Below, piece by piece: positions 25,211 through 34,329 of a DNA stretch of 44,803 nucleotides. The notes beneath the pieces are model-generated. The model was given only the letters and a program-made list of their open reading frames with translations, ran no database searches and was not told the DNA's origin. This DNA is from Candidatus Nomurabacteria bacterium (GTDB taxonomy: Bacteria > Patescibacteriota > Minisyncoccia > Phycocordibacterales > UBA918), in assembly GCA_023898565.1 (NCBI GenBank), contig CP060228.1:906930-951732 (forward strand), given 5' to 3'. Within the stretch, counting starts at the first letter, position 1; every line of letters starts with the position of its first letter. A program made the position numbers and the translations under genes.

Positions 25211-25915
25211 TTACTGATTCTTTATCGTCGCTGATTCGATCACAACATCTTCGAGCGGAAGATTGGTCATGTTTGTTTCCACCTGACCAATTGCATCCAC
25301 CACATCCATACCAGAGACCACTCGTCCAAACACAGGATGCTTTGACTCAAGTGGCGCTTTATCAAAGTCTAGATACGTGTTGTCGACCAGGTTGATGAAG
25401 AACTGACTACCGCCAGTATTTGGACCACTATTTGCCATAGCCAGTGTTCCGCGAACGTTTGAGAGCAAATCATGCTTCACAAATTCGTCTGGAATTGAGT
25501 AGCCAGGACCACCAGTACCATACTTCAGCACTTCATTTGTCTTAGTGATTGGATCTCCTCCCTGAATCATGAAGCCATCCATAACTCGATGGAATTTAAT
25601 ACCATCGTAATATCCTTCATTAATCAATTTTTTAAAGTTACCTGCCGTAATTGGCATCTTATCCTCAAAGAGCTCAATTTCGATTGTGCCCATGTTGGTG
25701 TTTAGAACTGCGATAGGATTCATATCATTAGTTATATCTACGTCGTACGCTGCTAATTTTTCTGCCGTCAGCGGTGCTGGGATAGTCTCTGATGAGGTCA
25801 GTTCGGCAGTCTGAGGACCCCCGTTTATTAGCCAAGCAACTGCTCCTACCAGCACCGCACACACCCCAAGCAGTAGTAAAATTGGCTTTGCTTGTGTTGC
25901 AAGATCATTCTTCAT
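25211..25915 (-). CDS. Cyclophilin-type peptidyl-prolyl isomerase with N-terminal membrane anchor
   Basis: FHRVMDGFMIQGGDP and SQFFIN motifs, with an N-terminal TM segment. Confidence 0.88.
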   Translation of the reverse strand: MKNDLATQAKPILLLLGVCAVLVGAVAWLINGGPQTAELTSSETIPAPLTAEKLAAYDVDITNDMNPIAVLNTNMGTIEIELFEDKMPITAGNFKKLINEGYYDGIKFHRVMDGFMIQGGDPITKTNEVLKYGTGGPGYSIPDEFVKHDLLSNVRGTLAMANSGPNTGGSQFFINLVDNTYLDFDKAPLESKHPVFGRVVSGMDVVDAIGQVETNMTNLPLEDVVIESATIKNQ

Positions 25916-25921
25916 ACCTAC

Positions 25922-26362
25922 CTATTTCTTTACCACTTGAATAGTAATAGTTTTCTTCTTACTGCCGATTACCAGTTCAATTTCATGTGTGCCAAGAGAT
26001 TTAATTGGTGCGGCAATTTTAAGCATTGCGGCATCTATGTCGATTCCTTTTTCTTTTGCAGCCGTCACCACATCTGCTTCATGCACGGCCTGAAAGAGGT
26101 GTTCTTGTTCGTTCGCCTCAGCCGCAACTAGTAATGCTTCTGCAGTGAGAGCTGCCACCGCTGCATCAAAACGTGCTTCGTTAGCCTCTTTAGAAGCAGT
26201 AGTATCAGCCTGGCGCTTTTCAATCTTTTTAAGATTAACAGCTGTTGCTGGCTCAGCCATTTTCTTTGGAATAAGTTGATTAATGGCGTATCCATCTGGC
26301 ACCTCAACCACACTAAAGCGCCGTCCAATTTTTGCTACATCTTGTAGAAGAATCACTTTCAT
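25922..26362 (-). CDS. rplI: 50S ribosomal protein L9
   Basis: MKVILLQDVAKIGRRFSVVEVPDGYAINQLIP is a canonical L9 N-domain. Confidence 0.9.
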   Translation of the reverse strand: MKVILLQDVAKIGRRFSVVEVPDGYAINQLIPKKMAEPATAVNLKKIEKRQADTTASKEANEARFDAAVAALTAEALLVAAEANEQEHLFQAVHEADVVTAAKEKGIDIDAAMLKIAAPIKSLGTHEIELVIGSKKKTITIQVVKK

Positions 26363-26433
26363 ATCGTTATATTAGCTTCCCGTAAACTACACGCGGTTGT
26401 GTATTGTGGTTGATATAATACCAAAACCAACCT

Positions 26434-27771
26434 TTATTCTCCAGCCTCAATCGAATCAGACGATTCGCTAATCACTGTTTTACCAGACAAAAATCGCACT
26501 GCCGCTTCTTTTTGCGGATCAACGTTATTCTGCCGATCTTCAATTGTGCGACTAATCACAATGTCCGGTGACAGTCCGCCATCAGAGATTGAAGTACCAT
26601 TTGGTGTCAACCAGCGAGCTACAGTCACTTTCAGTGATGCGCCATCATCCAGGGTTACCAACTCCTGCACTGAACCCTTTCCAAAGGTCTGCGCGCCAAT
26701 TACCGTTGCAACGCCGTGATCCTTAAGCGCGCCAGCTAAAATCTCAGAAGCTGAAGCAGAGCCGCCATCTACTAATACTACTAGATTTTGCGGGGTAAAA
26801 TGTTGAATTTGTCGACCTCGGCTACGAAATACTTCCCCTTCTTTTCCTCCACCAAAATCTTCACTCACAACCACTTTTCCTGCCGGCAAAAAGTAGCTGG
26901 CAATAGCTACTGCACTCTGCAGAAAGCCACCCGGATTGCCACGAAGATCAATCGCCAAAGTCTTTGCTCCACTTTTTGTGTACTCTTCTAATGCTTTAGC
27001 GACCTCAGACTCAGCGATGGCATTGAAGCTATATAGCGCTATGATAAAAGTGCCATCAACTTGCTCGGTGCGCACTGTTGGAATATTGATGGTATCACGC
27101 GTAATAGAGATAGTCTGGAATTCAGTTGCCCCTTCTCGATATATTTGCAACTCAACTATCGTTCCCTTCTCACCGCGAATAAGACTTACTGCCTCATCGA
27201 TACTCATATCCTCCGTACTTGAGCCGTTAATCTTTACGATTGCATCTCCCGCCATCATTCCCGCTCGCTCGGCCGGTGTATCAGGGAGCGGTGCGATGAC
27301 TGTAATAATCTTGTCGCGTAAACCAACCTCCATACCAACACCGCTGAAGTTGCCAGAAATATCTTCACTAAATTTCTCTGCATCAGCTGGAGGCATGTAC
27401 ACTGTGTACGGATCGTCATAAGAATCAACCAAGCCGTCTATTGCACCTTGGATGCGTTCTTCATCTGTTTGTTTGCTGGTGGAGCTACTTACGACAAATT
27501 TCTCTTCGAGCAAGTCCCACACCTTCCAAAATTCAGCCAAGTCTGGGCGAGTTTCTATTGCTGCCTTCGTTTGACCATTGGCACTAAAAATACTAAAGAG
27601 ACTAGCTGGTTGCGCTGAAGAACTTACCCAAACGCCACGTCCGATTTGCATCCCAGAAATAAATGCACCAAGTGCAAACAAGAACGCAAGTGAAATTCCA
27701 AGACCCCAGCTAGAACGACCTTGCGTTTTTTCCGTTCTGGCTACAGGGATATTTTTAGGTGCAAATGACAT
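26434..27771 (-). CDS. Carboxy-terminal processing protease (S41) with PDZ domain
   Basis: RGNPGGFL and DGGSASASEI catalytic region, PDZ (AERAGMMAGDAIVKING), N-terminal anchor. Confidence 0.85.
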   Translation of the reverse strand: MSFAPKNIPVARTEKTQGRSSWGLGISLAFLFALGAFISGMQIGRGVWVSSSAQPASLFSIFSANGQTKAAIETRPDLAEFWKVWDLLEEKFVVSSSTSKQTDEERIQGAIDGLVDSYDDPYTVYMPPADAEKFSEDISGNFSGVGMEVGLRDKIITVIAPLPDTPAERAGMMAGDAIVKINGSSTEDMSIDEAVSLIRGEKGTIVELQIYREGATEFQTISITRDTINIPTVRTEQVDGTFIIALYSFNAIAESEVAKALEEYTKSGAKTLAIDLRGNPGGFLQSAVAIASYFLPAGKVVVSEDFGGGKEGEVFRSRGRQIQHFTPQNLVVLVDGGSASASEILAGALKDHGVATVIGAQTFGKGSVQELVTLDDGASLKVTVARWLTPNGTSISDGGLSPDIVISRTIEDRQNNVDPQKEAAVRFLSGKTVISESSDSIEAGE

Positions 27772-27778
27772 TAGCGCT

Positions 27779-27787
27779 ATTATCGCA
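27779..27787 (-). promoter_or_regulatory. Extended -10 box TGcGATAAT, 7 nt upstream of the S41 protease ATG
   Basis: The reverse complement of 27779-27787 is TGCGATAAT; ATG at 27771. Confidence 0.4.
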
Positions 27788-27843
27788 CAAAGCAGACTGA
27801 GGCCAAAATGATGTCTGGTGACACGTGATTTTAATTCAGTTTC

Positions 27844-27852
27844 TGCTACACT
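27844..27852 (+). promoter_or_regulatory. Extended -10 box TGcTACACT, 6 nt upstream of cysS ATG
   Basis: TGnTAnnnT at 27844-27852; ATG at 27859. Confidence 0.45.
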
Positions 27853-27858
27853 ATCCTC

Positions 27859-29310
27859 ATGTTTAGCCGTTTATTTGGACCCAAAACACCTGTGATCACT
27901 AGAGATATTACCCTGCTCAATACCGAGTCTGGCAAGCAAGAAGTTTTTTCTCCCCTCAGCGACAAGACCGTAAAAATGTACAGCTGTGGTCCAACCGTGT
28001 ACGACTACGCCCATATTGGCAATCTGCGGTCGTATGTGTTTGCTGACATAGTGAAGCGTACGCTGATTCGAAATGGCTACCTCGTAGAGCACACCATAAA
28101 TTTCACTGACTTCGGCCACCTCTCCGACGACGGTGACGCTGGCGAAGATAAAATGATGAAAGGCCTTAAACGTGAAGGACTTCCGGTCACGCTTGACGCC
28201 ATGACACAGCTCTCTGAGCGCTACATCAAAGCCTTCAAAGAAGACATGGATGAACTCCGTATCTTGCCACCCACTACCTACGCCCGCGCCAGCGAATACG
28301 TAAAGAAGCAAATCGCACTGGTAAAATCACTCGACGAAAAAGGCTTTACCTACGAAACCTCAGACGGCGTGTATTTTGATATTGCCAAATTCCCGACCTA
28401 CGGCCGTCTCGGCAAAATTAATCTAGAAAATCTAAAAAGCGGCGCTCGCGTCGAAGTAAATACTGAAAAGCGACATCCGGCTGATTTTGCCGTTTGGAAA
28501 AAGGGTGAGCTTGGCTGGGACAGTCGCTGGGGCAAAGGTTTTCCGGGGTGGCACATTGAGTGTTCGGCTATGGCCATGGACACGCTTGGTAAGCAGATTG
28601 ATATTCACACCGGTGGCATCGACCACATCCCCGTCCACCACAACGCCGAAATCGCCCAAAGCGAATCAGTCACGGGAAAGCAGTTTGTGAAATACTGGAT
28701 GCACAATGCGTTTATCACTATCGATAACACCAAGGTATCGAAGTCACTCGGCAATACTATTACCATGCGCCATTTGCGTGATCGCGGCTTTTCCGGCGAT
28801 GACTACCGCTACTGGCTCCTTACTGCCCACTACCGTTCACCGATTAATTTCTCCTGGGAGGCACTGAAGGCCGCCAAGCAAGCCCTCTTCCGCCTCAAAC
28901 GTCATGTCTATGAAGACTTCAAGCAGAAAACTGCTACGCCAGACAGTACGTACCTAGAACGCTTTGACACCTGCCTCGCCAACGACTTCGACACTGCCGG
29001 CGCAATTGCCGTGCTGTGGGAAATGCTCAAAGACACTAAGCTCGATAACAAAGTAAAATGTGGCACGCTGATGTCGATGGACGAAGTGCTCGATATTGGC
29101 TTGTCTGACGACATCTACGATGGTGTACGCTCTCTTGGGGTGGTTGGTTCGGATGATTTGCCCGAAAAAATTCAAGCGCTCATCGATGAGCGCGAGGCAG
29201 CGCGCATTGCTCGCAACTGGGAAATGGCGGATGTACTCCGCGACAAAATCAAGCTGGAAGGCTACGAAATTGAAGACACTGCCCAAGGACCAAAAGTGAC
29301 AAAAGTATAG
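27859..29310 (+). CDS. cysS: Cysteinyl-tRNA synthetase
   Basis: CGPTVYDYAHIGN (HIGH), KVSKSLGN (KMSKS), Zn ligands; length 483 aa. Confidence 0.9.
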   Translation: MFSRLFGPKTPVITRDITLLNTESGKQEVFSPLSDKTVKMYSCGPTVYDYAHIGNLRSYVFADIVKRTLIRNGYLVEHTINFTDFGHLSDDGDAGEDKMMKGLKREGLPVTLDAMTQLSERYIKAFKEDMDELRILPPTTYARASEYVKKQIALVKSLDEKGFTYETSDGVYFDIAKFPTYGRLGKINLENLKSGARVEVNTEKRHPADFAVWKKGELGWDSRWGKGFPGWHIECSAMAMDTLGKQIDIHTGGIDHIPVHHNAEIAQSESVTGKQFVKYWMHNAFITIDNTKVSKSLGNTITMRHLRDRGFSGDDYRYWLLTAHYRSPINFSWEALKAAKQALFRLKRHVYEDFKQKTATPDSTYLERFDTCLANDFDTAGAIAVLWEMLKDTKLDNKVKCGTLMSMDEVLDIGLSDDIYDGVRSLGVVGSDDLPEKIQALIDEREAARIARNWEMADVLRDKIKLEGYEIEDTAQGPKVTKV

Positions 29311-29321
29311 TAATAAAAGAT

Positions 29322-29363
29322 AAACCAGCGCGGCGCCCACGAAGTGGGCGCCGCTTTGGTTTA
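29322..29363 (+). terminator. Rho-independent terminator after cysS
   Basis: GCGGCGCCCAC-GAA-GTGGGCGCCGC extended by AAACCA/TGGTTT. Confidence 0.75.
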
Positions 29364-29419
29364 TCCCCTCCCTCCACAACCATGTGTAAAACACGTCAAC
29401 TCTCAGCAACATCACTGCG

Positions 29420-29428
29420 TGATAGAAT
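29420..29428 (+). promoter_or_regulatory. Extended -10 box TGaTAGAAT, 11 nt upstream of dnaB ATG
   Basis: TGnTAnnnT at 29420-29428; ATG at 29440. Confidence 0.4.
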
Positions 29429-29439
29429 TCTAATCACGT

Positions 29440-30828
29440 ATGTCTGAACACAATCGCTCACTGCGCACTCCGCCGCAAAACGTCGACGCCGAACGCGCCC
29501 TTCTCGGAGCCATTATTCTCAAACCCGATGTGATGCACGACATCTCCGTGACTATTTGGCCTGAGAGCTTTTACGCTGACAAGCATGCCATGATCTTCAA
29601 GGCGATTGCTACCCTCTTCTCCGGTGGCAATCCAATTGACACCGTCTCTGTCGTTACCACACTTAAAGAAATGAACCAGCTCGACCGCGTGGGCGGTGCT
29701 GCGTATATCACTGAACTCATCGAGCAGGTACCAGCAGCCGGTAACGCCATGTACTATGCGACTCAGGTGCAAAACAAAGCCACCCTACGCAACCTCATTC
29801 ATGCCGCTGACGACATAGCTGAAATCGGCTACTCTGACCCAGAGACGGTAGACGAAGCGCTCGACCAAGCTGAGAAAAAAATCTTCCAAGCTACGCAGGC
29901 GCCTTCATCACAAAAATTCCGCCCGATTGGAAGCGCTTTGCATGAAGCCTGGGAACGCTTTGAACACCTCGCAGAAAACCCACAAGAAAAGCGTGGTGTA
30001 CCGTCTGGCTTTACTGCCCTTGATAACCTTCTCGCCGGATTTCAGAAGTCTGACCTGGTCATTTTGGCAGCGCGACCGTCTATGGGTAAAACTACCTTTG
30101 CGCTCGACCTCGCTCGTAACGCAGCGCTTATCGGCGGTGCCCATGTCGGTATTTTTTCTCTTGAAATGTCTGACCAGCAGCTCGTGGATCGCATGCTCGC
30201 AGCTGAGTCTGGCGTAGACTCATGGAAGTTACGCACCGGAAAACTGTCGAGTGACAGTGAGTACGAAGCACTTCAGCAGGCCATGGAAAAACTCAGCAAA
30301 GCACCAATCCACATTATCGACGAAGCGTCAATGAACATCGTAAAAATGCGCTCTGCTGCCAGGCGCCTTAAAAATGAGTACGGCCTCGACATGTTAATTG
30401 TCGACTATCTCCAACTCATGAGCCCCACTCTCACCAAGGGCAGTGACAGCATGGTGCAGCAAATTACCGAGATTTCTCGGTCGCTCAAAATTTTGGCTAA
30501 GGAGATGGAGATTCCTGTTATCGCTCTCTCCCAGCTTTCGCGTGCAGTTGAACAACGTGGCGGTAAGCCACGCCTTTCCGACCTCCGTGACTCTGGCTCA
30601 ATCGAGCAGGATGCCGACGTTGTGATGTTCATCCATCGTGAAGACAAGATGAACAAAGACAAAGAACCCGAGCGACCAAACATCGCTGAGATTCTCGTCG
30701 AGAAGCATCGTAACGGCGCCGTAGGCGCAGCCGAACTCTACTTCGACGGTCAGCATGTACGCTTCCTTAATCTCGACACTCACCACGCTGCAGCCGGCGG
30801 CGGACATGGCGGCGGCGATGATTTTTAA
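29440..30828 (+). CDS. dnaB: Replicative DNA helicase
   Basis: PPQNVDAERALLGAIIL N-terminus, Walker A ARPSMGKT, Walker B LIVDYLQLM, SQLSR. No intein-sized insertion. Confidence 0.92.
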   Translation: MSEHNRSLRTPPQNVDAERALLGAIILKPDVMHDISVTIWPESFYADKHAMIFKAIATLFSGGNPIDTVSVVTTLKEMNQLDRVGGAAYITELIEQVPAAGNAMYYATQVQNKATLRNLIHAADDIAEIGYSDPETVDEALDQAEKKIFQATQAPSSQKFRPIGSALHEAWERFEHLAENPQEKRGVPSGFTALDNLLAGFQKSDLVILAARPSMGKTTFALDLARNAALIGGAHVGIFSLEMSDQQLVDRMLAAESGVDSWKLRTGKLSSDSEYEALQQAMEKLSKAPIHIIDEASMNIVKMRSAARRLKNEYGLDMLIVDYLQLMSPTLTKGSDSMVQQITEISRSLKILAKEMEIPVIALSQLSRAVEQRGGKPRLSDLRDSGSIEQDADVVMFIHREDKMNKDKEPERPNIAEILVEKHRNGAVGAAELYFDGQHVRFLNLDTHHAAAGGGHGGGDDF

Positions 30829-30841
30829 TTTGCTTGCCACA

Positions 30842-30978
30842 AAAAGGAAGACTTATTGGTTGCAGCGAAACTCTGGAGCCGAAGAGCTTGGTCTTTTTTT
30901 GGGAAAGTCTTCGGCGAAGCGTCAGTATCAGCCCGCCGGAGGCTGATACGTTCGTGGAAATCAATAAGTCTTCCTTTT
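30842..30978. other. 137-nt structured element: 17-bp perfect closing stem around two hairpins (ncRNA or MITE-like candidate)
   Basis: AAAAGGAAGACTTATTG (30842-30858) pairs with CAATAAGTCTTCCTTTT (30962-30978). Inner stems are GCCGAAGA/TCTTCGGC (30878-30885/30908-30915) and GTATCAGCC/GGCTGATAC (30925-30933/30941-30949). Confidence 0.5.
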
Positions 30979-30995
30979 CTCACTGAAAATCACAG

Positions 30996-31004
30996 TGTTA
31001 TAAT
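30996..31004 (+). promoter_or_regulatory. Extended -10 box TGtTATAAT, 8 nt upstream of recR ATG
   Basis: Consensus TATAAT with TGn; ATG at 31013. Confidence 0.5.
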
Positions 31005-31012
31005 CAACCTTC

Positions 31013-31621
31013 ATGAACAACCTCGACAAGCTCATCTCTCTCTTTGAATCCTTCCCAGGCGTCGGCGCGCGACAAGCGAAGCGTTTTGCGTTTTATGTAC
31101 TTACTATGCCCGAAGCAGACACCAAGGAGCTTGCACGGCTAGTCTCAGAGCTCAAAGGTAGCGTGGTGGAATGTGCGAGTTGTCACCGATTTTACGTAAG
31201 CCAACAAGGCACTACGTGCTCTATCTGCAATTCGCAAAACCGTGATCACAACCGCCTCTTGGTGGTGGAACGTGATAGCGACGTACAAGCCATTGAACGC
31301 GCGGGAGTATATGACGGCCTATACTTCGTACTTGGGGGCACCGTGCCACTGTTACATAACTCTGAAAACAACAAGCTTCGTGGCGCCGCCCTCAAAGCAA
31401 CTGTCGAGGCTCGCCTACCCGAAGGTCTTACTGAGATCATTCTTGGCTTTTCTATCAATCCCGACGGTGAAAACACCGCTCGTTTTGTGGAGTCAATTCT
31501 CTCTCCAGTACTGCCTGAAACCACCAAGCTCACCCACCTCGGCCGCGGCCTCTCAACCGGCAGCGAGCTCGAATACGCTGACCCAGAGACCATCAAAAGT
31601 GCACTCAATAATCGCAACTAA
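31013..31621 (+). CDS. recR: Recombination protein RecR
   Basis: HhH N-terminus (FPGVGARQAKRFAF), C4 zinc finger (CASC ... CSIC), Toprim domain. Confidence 0.9.
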   Translation: MNNLDKLISLFESFPGVGARQAKRFAFYVLTMPEADTKELARLVSELKGSVVECASCHRFYVSQQGTTCSICNSQNRDHNRLLVVERDSDVQAIERAGVYDGLYFVLGGTVPLLHNSENNKLRGAALKATVEARLPEGLTEIILGFSINPDGENTARFVESILSPVLPETTKLTHLGRGLSTGSELEYADPETIKSALNNRN

Positions 31622-31644
31622 TTAATTCTGACCATTAAAATAAT

Positions 31645-31668
31645 AAAACCTCCCGGTTGGGAGGTTTT
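31645..31668. terminator. Bidirectional terminator shared by recR and rplU
   Basis: AAAACCTCCC-GGTT-GGGAGGTTTT. Confidence 0.8.
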
Positions 31669-31669
31669 A

Positions 31670-32002
31670 TTATTTGATTGAATCAATCTTGATCAAAGCG
31701 TAATGCTGACGATGTCCAATGCGTCGGTCGCGGTTACTCTTAGCCTTGTAGCGGATGATAGTCAACTTAGGACCCTTCTTCTCGCCTAGGTAGGTAGCCT
31801 TTACCTTAGTACCAGTAGTTGGAGCGCCGATTGCTGCCTTGCTACCATCATCAGTCATGAGGGTATCAAACTCAATCTTATCGCCCTCCTTATGATCACC
31901 AAGGAGCTCAACTTGCAAAGTATCACCTTCGCGAACCACGTACTGCTTACCGCCGGTAGCGATAACCGCAAATGGTGCTGTGTTGGTTGTTTCTGTTGCC
32001 AT
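31670..32002 (-). CDS. rplU: 50S ribosomal protein L21
   Basis: FAVIATGGKQYVVREGD ... IIRYKAKSNRDRRIGHRQ is canonical L21. ATG 32002 is preferred to TTG 32041. Confidence 0.9.
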   Translation of the reverse strand: MATETTNTAPFAVIATGGKQYVVREGDTLQVELLGDHKEGDKIEFDTLMTDDGSKAAIGAPTTGTKVKATYLGEKKGPKLTIIRYKAKSNRDRRIGHRQHYALIKIDSIK

Positions 32003-32062
32003 AGTGCGCGCTATAGTACTAGAAATAGTTGTTTTTTGCAATAGCTGGGCTGGGCAGTGAAT

Positions 32063-32083
32063 GGCGCGCCCAAAGGGCGCGCC
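32063..32083 (-). terminator. GC-rich 9-bp hairpin between rmuC and rplU (no U-tract)
   Basis: GGCGCGCCC-AAA-GGGCGCGCC. Confidence 0.35.
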
Positions 32084-32089
32084 GAGAGC

Positions 32090-33202
32090 TTATTCATCCT
32101 GCTTTTGCGGCTTATCGAGCGTGAGCACGTCCATATCGATTGATTCCCCTGTAATTCGGGTTACGTCCTTATCAATCTTATTGAGCTCTTTGTAGCCAGC
32201 GTTGTAGTGATTGACCGTCGTAGCCAGTGTATTCCCCAGCTTTTGGTAATAATCCTCATACTTCGCAATATGCCCGGAGAGCTTCTCCACATTCTTAATA
32301 ATATCCTGCGCTCGCTCTTCAATCTCAAGTGCCTTGAGCCCTTGAAGCACTGTCTGTAGATACGCCAAAAATGACGTTGGCGACACGATAATCACCTTAT
32401 ACTTACCTGCTGCGCGCTGAATGAGATTTTCCTCCCCGGCCCCGACTTTGTTAGACAGCAGGTCGTAATAAATTCCTTCATGGGGAATAAACATAAACGC
32501 AAAGTCAGTCGTCTTTTCTGACGGACGAATATACTTGGCAGTTTCAGTAATACGGAGTTTGAGATCATTTACAAAGGCTTTTTCAAACTGCACCTTCTCC
32601 GCCCCGTCGGCTGCTTCGACAAAACGATTGTAGTTTTCAAGTGAAAACTTAGAGTCAACCGGAATCACCTTCCCTTTTACAAACACGGCCGCATCAACAA
32701 TCTCACCATCATCAAAAGAGTACTGCATCTGGAAGCTTTCCGGCGGGAGTACATTTTGAAGCACTGTCTCGAGATAATATTCACCGAGAATACCGCGCTG
32801 CTTTGGGTTTTTCAGAATATTCTGCAGCTCCTTCAGCTGATCAGCCACCTGAAAGACCTGCTTGGAGCTCTCACTCACTTCAGTCGTCTTCTGCACCACA
32901 TTGCGCAGCTGTTCATTCATCTCTTTATTGATTTCCTGAATCAATTCTCGACTTTCACGAAATTGCGATCGACTCCCCTCCTGCATCGCCTTATTGGCCT
33001 CATGCAAACGAGTGTCCATAGTGCGAGACATCTCTTGGAGCTGCTGCTGCAAGAGCAGCATACTCTCAGAATCATCTTTCCTTTCTTCCTTCGGCTGCAG
33101 CAACTTATAGACCACAAATACATTCACCAACAAAAGCACTATTATCAGACCAATCAAAACAATTTCCATATGCGGTACATCATACCATTTCCTTTTTACC
33201 AT
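32090..33202 (-). CDS. rmuC: DNA recombination protein RmuC
   Basis: N-terminal TM, long coiled coil and RmuC nuclease-like C-terminus (PDAVV-like VIPVDSKF ... FMFIPHEG ... IIVSPTS). Confidence 0.8.
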   Translation of the reverse strand: MVKRKWYDVPHMEIVLIGLIIVLLLVNVFVVYKLLQPKEERKDDSESMLLLQQQLQEMSRTMDTRLHEANKAMQEGSRSQFRESRELIQEINKEMNEQLRNVVQKTTEVSESSKQVFQVADQLKELQNILKNPKQRGILGEYYLETVLQNVLPPESFQMQYSFDDGEIVDAAVFVKGKVIPVDSKFSLENYNRFVEAADGAEKVQFEKAFVNDLKLRITETAKYIRPSEKTTDFAFMFIPHEGIYYDLLSNKVGAGEENLIQRAAGKYKVIIVSPTSFLAYLQTVLQGLKALEIEERAQDIIKNVEKLSGHIAKYEDYYQKLGNTLATTVNHYNAGYKELNKIDKDVTRITGESIDMDVLTLDKPQKQDE

Positions 33203-33373
33203 GATAAAATTACAGACAATCTATCAAGGAGACTCTTGTAGGATACCTGAAACAGACCTCGCGAAGCAGGGTTTTTGTCAAGAGGCGAAGCCTCTTTATT
33301 AAAATCCGTTGCGAGCGGAGAGCTTGACTCGTGTCTGTTGAAGGTATACTACAATAGTCTAAACAAATCATTT

Positions 33374-33826
33374 ATGTCACTACACGAACAGATAAAAGGC
33401 CAACTCAAAGAAGCATTGAAAGCCAAGGAGCAGGTGCGCTTGCGTACCGTTCGCAGCATGTTGACCGCCTTCACGAATGAACTTGTAGCAACCAGCCGCA
33501 CGCCACAGGACATGCTCCGGGACGACGAAGTGCTCGCCGTAATCAAGCGCCTTGCAAAGCAGCGCAAAGACTCAATTGAGCAATACGAAGCCGCTAATCG
33601 CCCAGAGCTAGCAGTGCCAGAAAAAGAGGAATTGGTAGTACTTGAAAGTTATCTTCCGCAGATGATGAGTCAGGAAGAAATCCGCCCAGTAGCAGAAGCG
33701 AAGAAGGCCGAACTTGGGATTGAAGACAAGAACAAGCTTGGCGTGCTCGTTGGTGCAGTGATGAAAGAGCTGGCTGGCAAAGCCGATGGTTCTGATGTAA
33801 AGTCAGTAGCAGAATCACTTTTCTAA
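33374..33826 (+). CDS. yqeY: GatB/YqeY-domain protein
   Basis: MSLHEQIKGQLKEALKAKEQVRLRTVRSML and C-terminal MGKVMK-like VGAVMKEL pattern. ATG 33374 chosen over ORF-track 33275. Confidence 0.8.
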   Translation: MSLHEQIKGQLKEALKAKEQVRLRTVRSMLTAFTNELVATSRTPQDMLRDDEVLAVIKRLAKQRKDSIEQYEAANRPELAVPEKEELVVLESYLPQMMSQEEIRPVAEAKKAELGIEDKNKLGVLVGAVMKELAGKADGSDVKSVAESLF

Positions 33827-33846
33827 AGAGATAAGGAATTACTACC

Positions 33847-34302
33847 ATGAAATCATTTGAGAACTCGTTTCCACCAAATCACACGCAAAAACTTCTTGAT
33901 GACATTAGCAGTTTGAAACGTCAGATTGATGGTTGCAATCTCTCTTCAGACATAGATGGTGCAAGGGAGCTTGCGGGGCGATTAGCTGAATTGCAGTCAG
34001 AACTCGAGGAGCTGCGAAAAGCAGACCATGAAAAGACGAGGCTTTTTGATGAAGAAAGCAAGGCTATCGATTACGAGAGAAAAGAATGGGAAGCCACGAG
34101 AGAAAAAAATCATCTCGAAAACACTCTACCCTACGACCCAAATGAAGTCGATGCTATATTGACAGACATGAATCGAGAAAGTGAGTACCCTGAAGCAATT
34201 CCTCCTACCGTACGAACACTCAATACCACTGAGGAAGAGATTGCGGAGGCTCGTGCAAAAATCAATCGGCAGATCAAAGAAATGAAAGCTGAACGATATT
34301 AA
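33847..34302 (+). CDS. Hypothetical coiled-coil protein
   Basis: 151-aa charged helical ORF. No family recognised. Confidence 0.45.
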   Translation: MKSFENSFPPNHTQKLLDDISSLKRQIDGCNLSSDIDGARELAGRLAELQSELEELRKADHEKTRLFDEESKAIDYERKEWEATREKNHLENTLPYDPNEVDAILTDMNRESEYPEAIPPTVRTLNTTEEEIAEARAKINRQIKEMKAERY

Positions 34303-34304
34303 TT

Positions 34305-34329
34305 AAACCCGCAAACAGTACGCGGGTTT
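34305..34329. terminator. Terminator hairpin overlapping the truB stop
   Basis: AAACCCGC-AAACAGTAC-GCGGGTTT. Confidence 0.6.

Noticed and set aside
27772-27858. T-box or other leader upstream of cysS (also checked for trpS and gltX)
   Set aside because: The spacers are too short (87 nt, 47 nt, or overlapping). They lack the GGUGGNACCGCG motif and carry a -10 box directly before the ATG.
30842-30978. SRP (4.5S/ffs) RNA, suggested by the common ffs-dnaX-recR synteny
   Set aside because: The fold is a three-way junction rather than a single long hairpin, and the conserved helix-8 sequence (GGUCCGGAAGGAAGCAGCC-like) is absent.
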